DNA of 64,000 bases from an uncultured Rivularia sp. (GCA_963665115.1 OY762007.1:3552001-3616000), one strand, 5' to 3'; numbered from the stretch's first letter, positions 51,984 through 62,135 are shown. Numbers and translations are program-made. The notes: generated by a model from the sequence alone, not told the origin.

Positions 51984-52119
51984 TAATTTTTTTAGGTATT
52001 TAATTTTTTAATTTTTAGTTAGTCTTAAATCTGGCATGACTTAGTATTTTTATTATTTCAGTAAGTCTGGTGTTTTGTAGACGCTACAATAAATCCATAA
52101 AACCTTCCCAGCCTTAACC

Positions 52120-52779
52120 ATGTCCCTCGCCAAAGAAGTAGAAACAACCCAATTGTGCCCAGAAGATGATATTTTTCCTATAGGCGATCTATACAGCGAC
52201 GAACCTCCCTTGGAAACTGAACTGCATCTAGAGCAAATAATGCTCTTAATTAAATGTCTAAAATGGTTGTGGCGAGACAGAAACGATTTTTACGCTGCGG
52301 GAAATTTAACAATTTATTATAGCCAGAATAAACGTAAAACCGAAGACTTCCGGGGACCAGATTTTTTTGTGGTGCGAGATACAGAACGCAAACTCCGTAA
52401 AAGCTGGGTAGTGTGGGAAGAAGATGGTAAATATCCCCATGTAATTGTAGAAATTCTTTCCGAATCAACAGCGAATACAGATAAAGAAGCAAAGAAAAAA
52501 CTTTACCAAAATACCTTCCGCACACCCGACTATTTTTGGTTCGATCCATATACTCTAGAATTCGCAGGATTTCATTTAGTAGATGGTGAATACGAACCAT
52601 TAGAACCTAACGAACAAGGACATTTGTGGAGTAAACAGTTAGGGCTGTATCTAGGTATTCATGAAGGGCTATTGCGATATTTTACTCAAGAAGGAAAATT
52701 GGTTCCCACACCAGAAGAACAAGCAGAAAAATTAGCTGCAAAGTTGCGAGAATTAAATATTGACCCTGATAGTATTTAG
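52120..52779 (+). CDS. Uma2 family endonuclease
   Basis: SDEPPLET.LH, FRGPDFFVV, RKSWVVWEE.GKYP.VIVEILSEST, YFWFDP. Confidence 0.92.
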   Translation: MSLAKEVETTQLCPEDDIFPIGDLYSDEPPLETELHLEQIMLLIKCLKWLWRDRNDFYAAGNLTIYYSQNKRKTEDFRGPDFFVVRDTERKLRKSWVVWEEDGKYPHVIVEILSESTANTDKEAKKKLYQNTFRTPDYFWFDPYTLEFAGFHLVDGEYEPLEPNEQGHLWSKQLGLYLGIHEGLLRYFTQEGKLVPTPEEQAEKLAAKLRELNIDPDSI

Positions 52780-52803
52780 AGATTGGCAATAAAAAATTAA
52801 CCG

Positions 52804-53598
52804 ATGTTCCCACAACACCAATTTAACGAACTGCAAAACCTCTACGAATTACTAGAAGAGAAAATAATTCGCTTGCGAACAGCTAAAGCTATCGAAACAA
52901 GTGCAGCAGTTATTTTCCAATTAGAAAAGCAGATTCAAGAAGCCGAAGCGGAACGAGATAAAGTAGCTCAAGAAATTGCCCAATTCAATCAACAACAACC
53001 TACCTTTATTACAAGCAACAACAGTAATCAAACTGATATCAAAACAATTTTAATTCTCGCTGCAAATCCCAAAAATACCTCAAGATTGCGATTAGAAGAA
53101 GAAATCAGAGAAATTGATGAAGGGTTGCGACGGGCTAACAAGCGAGAGCAATTCAAACTAGAGATGAAATTAGCGGTGCGTCAACGAGACTTCTACCGAG
53201 CAATTTTAGATACTCAGCCCCAGATTGTTCATTTCTGCGGACATGGTGCGGGAGAAGATGGCATCATTTTGGAAGATGAAATGGGAATAACAGCTTTTGT
53301 ACAAGCAGATACTTTGGCGAGTTTGTTTAAGCTATTCGCCAACAAGGGAGTAGAGTGTGTTGTGCTAAACGCTTGTTATTCAGAAGTTCAAGCCAACGCT
53401 ATCAGCCAACATATTAACCATGTAATTGGGATGAATCGAGCAATTGGGGATAAAGCAGCGATTAATTTTGCCGTAGCTTTTTACGATGCTTTAGCTGCTG
53501 GGGAAGATGTAGAATTTGCTTTTGAGTTAGGTTGTTCTCAACTAGTTGGTTTAAAAGAAAATCAAACCCCTACACTTAGAATAAAAAATACGCAATAA
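52804..53598 (+). CDS. EAD + CHAT (caspase-like) peptidase
   Basis: ILILAANP..TSRLRLEEE, PQIVHFCGHG (His), VVLNACYS (Cys), AVAFYDAL; N-terminal 50 aa homologous to the iSTAND N-terminus. Confidence 0.9.
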   Translation: MFPQHQFNELQNLYELLEEKIIRLRTAKAIETSAAVIFQLEKQIQEAEAERDKVAQEIAQFNQQQPTFITSNNSNQTDIKTILILAANPKNTSRLRLEEEIREIDEGLRRANKREQFKLEMKLAVRQRDFYRAILDTQPQIVHFCGHGAGEDGIILEDEMGITAFVQADTLASLFKLFANKGVECVVLNACYSEVQANAISQHINHVIGMNRAIGDKAAINFAVAFYDALAAGEDVEFAFELGCSQLVGLKENQTPTLRIKNTQ

Positions 53599-53809
53599 AA
53601 CGATTTTTCTTACGTGAAAAACGCTGGATTATTTTATCGACTACTAGTTTAATAATTCCCAATATCTTCATTGCTTGGTTTAATCATCGCGGCTACCATA
53701 CCTGAATTAAACAGTGAATTATATTTATTCAGATTTTGTCTTAAACACGAAACCCATGTAGAGACGTAGCACTGCTACGTCTCAAACAGCTACGTCTCAA
53801 ACTCAAATC

Positions 53810-55774
53810 CTAAAAAGTAAAAGTAGTACGCAACAAACCTACCGTAGTTGTATCGTTGTTGTCATCTCCCTCTGGATTAAATAAGACAAATGCACCAGGG
53901 GTAATACTGAGATTATCGTTTACCTTAAATTTGTAATAAGCTTCCAAATGGTAGGGAGTTGTGCGATCGACACCCGCAGCAGCTAAGTTCCCATCACCAC
54001 TAGCTTCTGTACGGTATAAAGGTTGACCAAAAAGTATTCCGGCGGTATTACCCTTTTTGATGATATCCCGGAGGTGTAAACCCACCATCCAACTGGTAAA
54101 GGTAGTGGAAGCATCTACCCTACCGGAGGAATCATCGACGAAAATTGCTGCACCGTAACCCGATAGGGCAATATTCGGAGAAAAGCGCCAATTTACCGTA
54201 CCACCGAGGGAGTTGAGTTTCACAGGAATTCCCAAATCACCATTTGCCAAGCCTAAAGCATTGGTATCGGCACTCACCAATCCCGTACCCAAAATATTGA
54301 TTTCGTGGTAACTGTTGGCATAATTCAGACCTATATCAATCGATTTGCTGGGTTTAAATGTAAGTTGGGCTGCCGCAACAGTACTACCACCAAATAAACC
54401 CGAACCTAAAGGTGTACCAGAAACTCCGGGAAGAATATCTGGAGCAGTGCTGGGAATATTAGCATTAACGCTACCGTAAAGAGCGCGAAAATCAAGGCTT
54501 TTGGATGGAGTAAGGATAAAACCTGCTGCCGATGCTAAACCGGAGCCGGAAGTACCACCGGAAACCCGCAGTACCGGATTTAAACCAGCAAATCTCGAAA
54601 TTGCTTCTTGCCCTTCTCCTGCGAAGGGAGTAATGGCAGGGAAAGCATCAGAAACTTCGGCAGCAGTACCAGCAAATAGAGTTAATTTATTGGCTACGGG
54701 GAAGATGTACAGAAGTTTGTACAGTTCTATATCATTAGCACCTTTAGAAGATAAATCTTTGGGAGTGAAGCTGGGAAATTGAGGCTCAATTCCGGTGCGA
54801 GCGCTACTTGCTGCCAAATTGACTCCCGGTGCTGTCAATCCCAATGCCTGCTGTAGGCTACCACTACCATCCGCACCACCGAGGAAATTATGGGCTTGTA
54901 AACCAGTAATTAACAAGTCTTTGCCGGTAAAACTGGTATTCAAGTTCAACCGTACCCGATTCGTCAGAATGATATTAGGATCGTCACTACCGGGAACACC
55001 ACCAGTTGCACCAATCGCCGCAAAAATTGCCTCTCCTTGCAGTTTGGTGGTAGTGGAAAATTGATTTGCTTCTAATTCGGCACTGCGAGCTTCTAGAGTA
55101 TCTACCCTTCCCCGCAAGGTTGCTAATTCTGCTTGAAACTCTTCTTGCAAACGCTGTAAAGTTACTAAATCTTCTCTACTAACAATATTTGCTGTGGCTG
55201 AGGCAATCAACTCATTAACACGATTGAGACAGGCATTTAATCCCGCCGCAAATTCATATCTAGTCATTGCCCGATTGCCCCGATAGGTACCATTCGGATA
55301 TCCTGCAATACAACCATACCGTTCTACGAGGGATTGCAACGCTTGAAAAGCCCAGTCTGTCGGTTGTACGTCGGATAGTTGGGAAACCGATGTGACTTGT
55401 CCCTTGGCTGATGTTGAATTTTGTTGGGTTTGGGGAATCTGGGTAACTAAAGTCGGGTTTTGATTTTTATTTAACTGTTTATTTAGCTGTTTATTTGGTT
55501 GGGCGGCTGCTATTTCTGTGATTGTAAAAATACGATGTTCTTCCAGAGAGTAGCTATCAATATCAAACGGAAGTTGATGATTTATTTCGGGGATAGTTGT
55601 GTTGGCAGATACAAAATTTTCTTGGGATAATATTTTTGAAGCTGATAGTAATTCATTGGTATTGATTGCTTGGCTGCTGCTAATTTTTTCGACAGCAAAT
55701 GCTTTTACCGGCAAGAATCCGGCGAGTAAGTACAGTAAACTTACCCTACTAGCGCAAACTAGTAGATTTCTCAT
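53810..55774 (-). CDS. SLH-domain outer-membrane porin (OprB / iron-uptake porin family)
   Basis: QVTSVSQLSDVQPTDWAFQALQSLVERYGCIAGYP, QFSTTTKL.GE, C-terminal LRTTFTF. Confidence 0.94.
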   Translation of the reverse strand: MRNLLVCASRVSLLYLLAGFLPVKAFAVEKISSSQAINTNELLSASKILSQENFVSANTTIPEINHQLPFDIDSYSLEEHRIFTITEIAAAQPNKQLNKQLNKNQNPTLVTQIPQTQQNSTSAKGQVTSVSQLSDVQPTDWAFQALQSLVERYGCIAGYPNGTYRGNRAMTRYEFAAGLNACLNRVNELIASATANIVSREDLVTLQRLQEEFQAELATLRGRVDTLEARSAELEANQFSTTTKLQGEAIFAAIGATGGVPGSDDPNIILTNRVRLNLNTSFTGKDLLITGLQAHNFLGGADGSGSLQQALGLTAPGVNLAASSARTGIEPQFPSFTPKDLSSKGANDIELYKLLYIFPVANKLTLFAGTAAEVSDAFPAITPFAGEGQEAISRFAGLNPVLRVSGGTSGSGLASAAGFILTPSKSLDFRALYGSVNANIPSTAPDILPGVSGTPLGSGLFGGSTVAAAQLTFKPSKSIDIGLNYANSYHEINILGTGLVSADTNALGLANGDLGIPVKLNSLGGTVNWRFSPNIALSGYGAAIFVDDSSGRVDASTTFTSWMVGLHLRDIIKKGNTAGILFGQPLYRTEASGDGNLAAAGVDRTTPYHLEAYYKFKVNDNLSITPGAFVLFNPEGDDNNDTTTVGLLRTTFTF

Positions 55775-55885
55775 TAGAACTCCTTACAACTCCTTACAAC
55801 TGTTATTTTAAAATGAAAAGATCGATTAGGGCTTAATGGTTTACCAATTTTAAGAATTCCATTAAAACTTGATATTTTGATTTAT

Positions 55886-56009
55886 CTAACATCTTGTACC
55901 AGTATCAGAAAACCAGTTTGTTGTTGATTTTACAACGAGATAGTTATGTTTTACGAAGAGAAACCAGGTTTCTTTAGGCTCATTGAAAATAGTGTATGCA
56001 AGATATCAT
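55886..56009. mobile_element. MITE family B variant with ATTTAT target duplication
   Basis: CTAACATCTTGTACC ... TGCAAGATATCAT; ATTTAT at 55880-55885 and 56010-56015. Confidence 0.7.
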
Positions 56010-56248
56010 ATTTATTAGACTTGATTTTATGGCACCCAATACCTGATTTCATCAGACCTATTTAATTAGATTTAATTGGCACTAATCAAATGATCTGAGC
56101 TATAAATTCTAGTAAATACTATTTCCAGCCATTTTTATCAAAGACAATTATTTCTAGTTCTTATGGTAGTCATATATTAAACCCGCAGCTTTTTCTATGG
56201 TGCGACTGCGTTAAATTGAAAAATCAGACAGAAGGCAAGTTGATTTAA

Positions 56249-56363
56249 CTCACATTTTGCACCAGTTTCAGAAACCCGGTTTTTTTGTGAAAGCACTATT
56301 ATCTGTGTAATCAACAAAAAACCGGGTTTCTCAAGGCTCGTTAAGAATGGTGCAAGATATCAG
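56249..56363. mobile_element. MITE family B variant with AGAAACCCGGTTT palindromic core
   Basis: CTCACATTTTGCACC ... GGTGCAAGATATCAG; TTTAA on both flanks; similar to 55886-56009. Confidence 0.72.
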
Positions 56364-56653
56364 TTTAAAAGAAGTAGCAAAACCTTAGCTTCGCTATACA
56401 TTACTTAAGTGAGAATCACTATAAAATCAAAATCTTGTCAGTACATAATCCTGAAAAGCCCGACCTCGCTAGACTTTAGCACTAAGTGAATAATTCCCGC
56501 AGGCAGTTTTACAGTATTATCAACAAAAATCATGCTGAGAAGAATGTAAAATAAATTAGAATAAGGTTACAAAATGTAAAGGAATATCATATTTGTTCTT
56601 ACCTTTTGAAACAATTTGCTTAATTTTAGAGTTGAGATTTATATAAAAAGCCC

Positions 56654-57460
56654 ATGCATAATAGTTTTTGGCGAAGATTTTTCACCTTTTTGACGGTATT
56701 ATTTTTAGCTGGCTCGATTTGGACGATAGATTCGAGTCCTGCTTATGCTTACAACAATCCTGAATTGCTGCCCGACGAAGTTACACCAGTTGTAGATTTA
56801 GGCAAAGCTCTTAATGTTGTTCAAAAAGAAAATTTAGTTAAAGAGCTTAATCAATTTGAAGAGGAAACTGGTTGGCAGTTGCGAGTACTGACTCAATACG
56901 ATCGAACTCCAGGTAGAGCGGTAATCAAGTTTTGGGGTTTGAACGACCACAGCATCTTACTTGTAGCTGATTCTCGTGGTGGTAATATTCTCAGTTTTGC
57001 GGTTGGGGATGATGTTTATGAATTACTACCCCGTACTTTTTGGATAGAATTACAAACTCGTTTTGGTAACTTATATTTTGTACGCGAAAAAGGTGAAGAT
57101 GGAGCTATTATTGAAGCTTTGCAAACTGTAGAAAGTTGTTTGCGTCGAGGTGGCTGTAATGTTGTTCCGGGATTACCACGGGAACAGTGGATTCTGACTT
57201 TAATAACTTCGGTTCTCGGTGGGCTTATTTGCGGTTTTGCAGCTCAACCTAGAGAAGAAGGGCAAGTTGTTGCTTGGCAATGGGCATTAATATTTTCTCC
57301 TTTGTGGGGAATTTTGTTTATTGCTTTCGGAATTGGGCCAGTAGTAACTCGTACTTCTGAATGGCTTCCTTTGGTTCGCAATATTTCCGGCTTTCTAATA
57401 GGAGTTTTGGTTGCTTATTTAACTCCCGTTCTTAATCGTTCTAACCCTTCTGAAACATAA
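56654..57460 (+). CDS. TPM domain-containing membrane protein
   Basis: Signal/TM, PVVDLG, FEEETGWQLRVLTQ, FWIELQTRFGN, GC.VVPGL, three C-terminal TMs. Confidence 0.88.
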   Translation: MHNSFWRRFFTFLTVLFLAGSIWTIDSSPAYAYNNPELLPDEVTPVVDLGKALNVVQKENLVKELNQFEEETGWQLRVLTQYDRTPGRAVIKFWGLNDHSILLVADSRGGNILSFAVGDDVYELLPRTFWIELQTRFGNLYFVREKGEDGAIIEALQTVESCLRRGGCNVVPGLPREQWILTLITSVLGGLICGFAAQPREEGQVVAWQWALIFSPLWGILFIAFGIGPVVTRTSEWLPLVRNISGFLIGVLVAYLTPVLNRSNPSET

Positions 57461-57766
57461 ATTAGTTAGGAGTCAAGAGTTAGGAGTTAGGAGTTAGGAG
57501 TTAGTGATTAAAAATTAATAATCCAAACTTTCTAATATATATATTGTAGAGACGTTGCACACTGTAACGTCTTTGCGTAATAGGGTTTGTTTGAATAATA
57601 GTAGTGAAAAATTGCGTTAGCGAAGCCATGCCGTTCGCGCAGCGTCTCGAAGAGAAAGCTTATCGCCCTTTGTATTTGCATTTTTATTTTTCTACACCTT
57701 GGGATGAAGATTGATAATTGATAATTGGTAATTGGTAATTGATAATTAATATCAAGGAAGCAGAAA

Positions 57767-58423
57767 ATGGAATGGCACGTAACTGATGCCCAAAGTTTAG
57801 CCAGCATAGATAAAGAAGTTGGTGGTTTTTTAGCTTTGACGCACTTGGATGAAGATAGCTCTCAACGCGCGTATCGTCATTTTTCACCAGCAGAGTACGA
57901 AATTGTTAGAAGAGTTATTTACGCAACAGGTGACTTTGAGTATAAATCTTTAATTAAATTTTCCGAACGTGCTTTGCAAGCTTCAGCAGCTGCATTAGCA
58001 TCGCGGAGTACTGTTATTGTAGATGATGCAAAAGTTCAAGCCGGTATTGCACGAGAAGTACGTTGGACTTTTGCTAATCCAGTCTATTGTGCTGTAGAAG
58101 CTCAAACTCGCCCCCAAAAAGATAAAACTCTTGCTGCTTGGGGAATGGAAACTTTAGCTAAACGTTATCCAGAAGGTATATTTGTTATAGGGCAAGCACC
58201 AACAGCCTTAACAACGTTACTGGATTTAGTTAAAACCGATCGAGTTAGACCTGTTTTAGTAATTGCAACACCGCCACAGTTAATTAATCTGGATTCAATA
58301 AAAGAAAACTTAAAAGAATTTTCAATACCCAATATTACAATCAAAAGCCGTAAAGGTGGCGCGAATGTAGCAGCAGCAATTTTAGATGCACTGATAGATT
58401 TATCTTGGGAAGCTTATGGTTAG
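57767..58423 (+). CDS. cobH: Precorrin-8X methylmutase family protein with a 16-aa in-frame insert
   Basis: SLA.ID.E, EIVRRVIYATGDF, VIGQAPTAL, SRKGGANVAAAI. Confidence 0.82.
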   Translation: MEWHVTDAQSLASIDKEVGGFLALTHLDEDSSQRAYRHFSPAEYEIVRRVIYATGDFEYKSLIKFSERALQASAAALASRSTVIVDDAKVQAGIAREVRWTFANPVYCAVEAQTRPQKDKTLAAWGMETLAKRYPEGIFVIGQAPTALTTLLDLVKTDRVRPVLVIATPPQLINLDSIKENLKEFSIPNITIKSRKGGANVAAAILDALIDLSWEAYG

Positions 58424-58581
58424 AAAGTAGGAAGTAGGGAGTAGGGAGTGGAGAAGGATAGCGCAATATATTCAAATATTTTTCTTCCTTCTTCTGCTTG
58501 CTCCCTATTTTCTACTTCTTATTCCCTAGATTTGATAATCTTGCAGGAAATAGGAGTAGTTGAAATTCTAAAGTTGAAGTT

Positions 58582-59295
58582 TCAAATTGGTAAACGGTCT
58601 ATATCTTTATTATGACCAATTACGACCATTGTGGAACCTTTTTCAAAGCGCTTATGGGGATCTGGATTAATGATAAATGTTTCATCATCAATACCATCAT
58701 GTTTATTGCTTATTGCTAAAACATTTAATCCGTAGCGGTTACGAAGCTGTAGTTCGGCAACTGTTTTACCATCAAATTCATCGGGTATAGCTATTTCAAC
58801 AATACTGTTATCGGGATCTAGATCGAATGTATCTAATATCGCTGGTTTTGTGAGTGTTTGGGCTAAAGCACAACCGGCTTCATGCTCGGGAAAAACAACT
58901 CTGTCTGCGCCAACTTTTCGTAATAATTTGCAGTGAACTTCGCTGGAAGCTTTGGCTACTACGTTTTTTACACCACCTTCTTTAACATTTAAAGTTGTGA
59001 TAATACTTTCTTGAATATAATTACCAATCGCGATGATTACGGTGTCAAACTCAAAAAGACCTGCTTCTTTGAGTGCGGCTGGTTCTGTTGAGTCTAGCTG
59101 TAAAGCATGACCAGTTATTTCTTCTGTCAAAGCTTGTGATACACGCTTTTCATCAATATCTGTTGCTAGAACTTCATAACCTAATCTATGTAAAGTTGAA
59201 CAAACAGAACGACCAAAACGTCCTAAACCAATCACCGCGAATTGCTGATTAGTTTTATTTAAAGAACGAAAAAACCCTAACGAGGACAGATTCAC
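58582..59295 (-). CDS. ktrA: TrkA/KtrA potassium-uptake RCK subunit
   Basis: FAVIGLGRFG, DTVIIAIG, VAKA, GADRVVFPE, TrkA_C. Confidence 0.92.
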   Translation of the reverse strand: MNLSSLGFFRSLNKTNQQFAVIGLGRFGRSVCSTLHRLGYEVLATDIDEKRVSQALTEEITGHALQLDSTEPAALKEAGLFEFDTVIIAIGNYIQESIITTLNVKEGGVKNVVAKASSEVHCKLLRKVGADRVVFPEHEAGCALAQTLTKPAILDTFDLDPDNSIVEIAIPDEFDGKTVAELQLRNRYGLNVLAISNKHDGIDDETFIINPDPHKRFEKGSTMVVIGHNKDIDRLPI

Positions 59296-59629
59296 TGTTT
59301 TGATCCTTAATTATTACAGCTTTTGTATAGTTTAAAAAATCGGTCATAACGGATAAATTATAAATAATAAGTTATACTCTTTTTGCCCGATCTTACTTAT
59401 TTTATCATTTCAGCTTAATTGAATCCATATTGAATATTTTTAGCAATACGGCACTTGTTTTCTCTGGATCGATAGTTTACATTTTTGCAATAGGCAAGGC
59501 TGGAATTGTGAAGAGATTATATTAATAAATAATTCTCATTCGGTGAGCATGATTAGGAATTTTTTAGTTTACAGTTAAAAATGCCTACTAATAGAGAAAC
59601 AACTGTAAACTCATAATCGCTTGTTACAA

Positions 59630-60964
59630 TTATCCCACAAGTAAATCTTCTTCGGGGTAATGAATATTGGTGGGTTTGGGGTCGCCAAGTACGGCGGACA
59701 TTAACAGTAAAACACCAACTCTTCCCATATACATAGTCAGGATTAAAACTAATTTACCCCAAAGAGAAAAGTCGCTGGTTATTCCTGTAGACAGTCCTAC
59801 GGTTGCATAAGCTGAAACGACTTCAAATAATATTTGGATAAAGTCAAATGTTGGGTCTGTCAGTGATATTAAAATAGTACACATGATTACAGCAGTTACA
59901 GAACCAACTATCACACCAACAGCTTTTAATATTAAAGATACGGCTATACGACGTTCGTAAAGTAAAACTTCTTGTTTACCTTGAAGAATTGATTTAGTAC
60001 AACTAGTAAGTACTCGGATAGTGGTAGTTTTCATCCCTCCTCCCGTACCTCCAGGGCTTGCTCCTACAAACATAAGAGCAATAGTAATAAATAGTCCTGC
60101 ATTTGTCATACCGCCAATATCTATACTGTTAAAACCGGCAGTTCTGGTAGTCATGGATTGAAACCAAGCTGCTAAAAATTGACTGCGAAAACTGAGATTT
60201 CTTATAGTTTCTGTATTTCTGATCTCTACGCAAAAGAAGGCTAAGGTTCCTAAAAATAATAAAAATATTGTTGTGCTGACAGCGACTTTGTAATCAAGAG
60301 ATAACACAACACTGCGCGGTCTTCTACGTAGGCGATCGCGCAATCCAAAAAAGATTTCTAAAATTACTTGATATCCAATTCCACCGAAGATGACTAAGCC
60401 GGAAATAGTAAATACTAGTAATGCTGAAGAGTTGTAATCAACTAAACTATTTGAGAATAAGCTAAAGCCTGCATTATTCCAAGCACTAACGCTGTGAAAA
60501 ATTGCTAGCCAGATTCCTTGATCCCATCCAAAATCGGGAACAAATACTGGAAGTAATAAAAATATTCCCGTAATTTCAAAAAATAGCGTTACCGCGATGA
60601 TGGAGCCAATAATGTTGCCGCTACCTTCCATTTCTCGCCGATCTAAAGCTTGTTTAATTGCCATTTTATGCCTTAGATCGAATCTACGACCAGTCAACAT
60701 AATTAGAAAGGTTGTAAATGTCATGTAGCCCAAACCGCCAACTTGTGCTAGCAACAGGATAAACAACTGACCCCAGAAGGAAAAATCCGTAGCAGTATCA
60801 ACGACTGCCAAACCCGTGACGCAAACGGCTGAAGTTGCCGTAAATAAAGCCACAATTGGGCTATTCCACGTACCTGTAGCCGTAGAAAAAGGCATCATTA
60901 ATAGGAAAGTTCCTACCGCGATTACTGCGAAAAAGCCAAAGCAAATTTTTTGAGAAGCGGTCAT
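59630..60964 (-). CDS. ktrB: TrkH/KtrB potassium-uptake membrane subunit
   Basis: TSAVCVTGL, SAWNNAGFS, TTRTAGF, SAYATVGLS pore loops; GASPGGTGGGMK. Confidence 0.93.
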   Translation of the reverse strand: MTASQKICFGFFAVIAVGTFLLMMPFSTATGTWNSPIVALFTATSAVCVTGLAVVDTATDFSFWGQLFILLLAQVGGLGYMTFTTFLIMLTGRRFDLRHKMAIKQALDRREMEGSGNIIGSIIAVTLFFEITGIFLLLPVFVPDFGWDQGIWLAIFHSVSAWNNAGFSLFSNSLVDYNSSALLVFTISGLVIFGGIGYQVILEIFFGLRDRLRRRPRSVVLSLDYKVAVSTTIFLLFLGTLAFFCVEIRNTETIRNLSFRSQFLAAWFQSMTTRTAGFNSIDIGGMTNAGLFITIALMFVGASPGGTGGGMKTTTIRVLTSCTKSILQGKQEVLLYERRIAVSLILKAVGVIVGSVTAVIMCTILISLTDPTFDFIQILFEVVSAYATVGLSTGITSDFSLWGKLVLILTMYMGRVGVLLLMSAVLGDPKPTNIHYPEEDLLVG

Positions 60965-61292
60965 GTTAATTTTGGATTTTAGATTTTAGATTTTAACAAC
61001 GGATGTTTTGAATTTTAGATTATCCCTTATTTGAAAGCGCATAACGGGCAGCCTGCTTACCGCTGGTTATGAATGAAATCAAAAAAATTTTATTATTTTC
61101 TATTCGCTGTCTCCTATTCCCTACTTCCTACTCCCTTAAAAAAAGCTTCAACTACAAATTATTCCATCTTATTGCCGTACCCGTATTTTTATTTCAGAAC
61201 ACAAAACACCCCGCTCTAATTAAAAATACTCATGGTAGCCTACCAATATATGTTTTTTAATTCTGCGATAGTCTTAACACATTGGTTGATTC

Positions 61293-62135
61293 ATGAGTGC
61301 AACACTAAGCCAGCAAATTCAAGAGTTTTACGATGCTTCTTCCTCACTTTGGGAAGATATATGGGGGGAGCATATGCACCACGGTTATTATGGTGCGGAT
61401 GGTAGGCAAGAGAAAAACCGCCGTCAGGCTCAAATTGATTTAATTGAGGAGTTGCTGCAATGGGCAGAGGTGCAGCAAGCGGAGAAAATTTTAGATGTAG
61501 GTTGCGGTATCGGTGGAAGTTCTTTGTATTTAGCCGAGAAATTTAACGCTGCGGCTACTGGTATCACTTTGAGTCCGGTACAGGCACAAAGAGCTTCTGA
61601 GCGGGCTGCTGAATTTGGTTTACAGGAGAGAACCAATTTTCAAGTAGCAGATGCTTTAAATATGCCCTTCGAGGACAACAGTTTTGATTTAGTTTGGTCT
61701 TTGGAAAGCGGCGAGCATATGCCGGATAAAAACAGATTTATGCAAGAATGCTACCGAGTACTGAAGCCCGGTGGAAAGTTGATTTTGGTGACATGGTGTC
61801 ATCGTGCTACCGATAGCTCGCCTTTAACCGCAGAAGAGAAAAAGCATTTAGAACAGATTTACGAGGTTTATTGCTTACCATACGTAATTTCTTTGGCAGA
61901 TTATGAGGCGATCGCCCGTCTACTACCTTTACAGAATATTCGCACGGCGGATTGGTCGCAAGCTGTCGCCCCTTTTTGGAATGTGGTAATTGATTCTGCT
62001 TTCACTCCCCAGGCATTATTTGGTTTGTTGCGTGCTGGCTGGAAAACCATTCAAGGTGCAATGTCTTTGGGTTTAATGCGTAAAGGTTATGAAAGTGGTT
62101 TGATTAAATTTGGTTTGTTAACTGGAAGTAAGTAG
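61293..62135 (+). CDS. Gamma-tocopherol methyltransferase (VTE4-like)
   Basis: FYDASSSLWE.IWGEHMHHGYY, LDVGCGIGGS, WSLESGEHMPDK, TWCHR; adjacent to HPT. Confidence 0.9.
   Translation: MSATLSQQIQEFYDASSSLWEDIWGEHMHHGYYGADGRQEKNRRQAQIDLIEELLQWAEVQQAEKILDVGCGIGGSSLYLAEKFNAAATGITLSPVQAQRASERAAEFGLQERTNFQVADALNMPFEDNSFDLVWSLESGEHMPDKNRFMQECYRVLKPGGKLILVTWCHRATDSSPLTAEEKKHLEQIYEVYCLPYVISLADYEAIARLLPLQNIRTADWSQAVAPFWNVVIDSAFTPQALFGLLRAGWKTIQGAMSLGLMRKGYESGLIKFGLLTGSK

Noticed and set aside
46828..53598. Complete DGR cassette within the window
   Set aside because: No reverse transcriptase, Avd or second copy of the VR was seen; only a target-like region is supported
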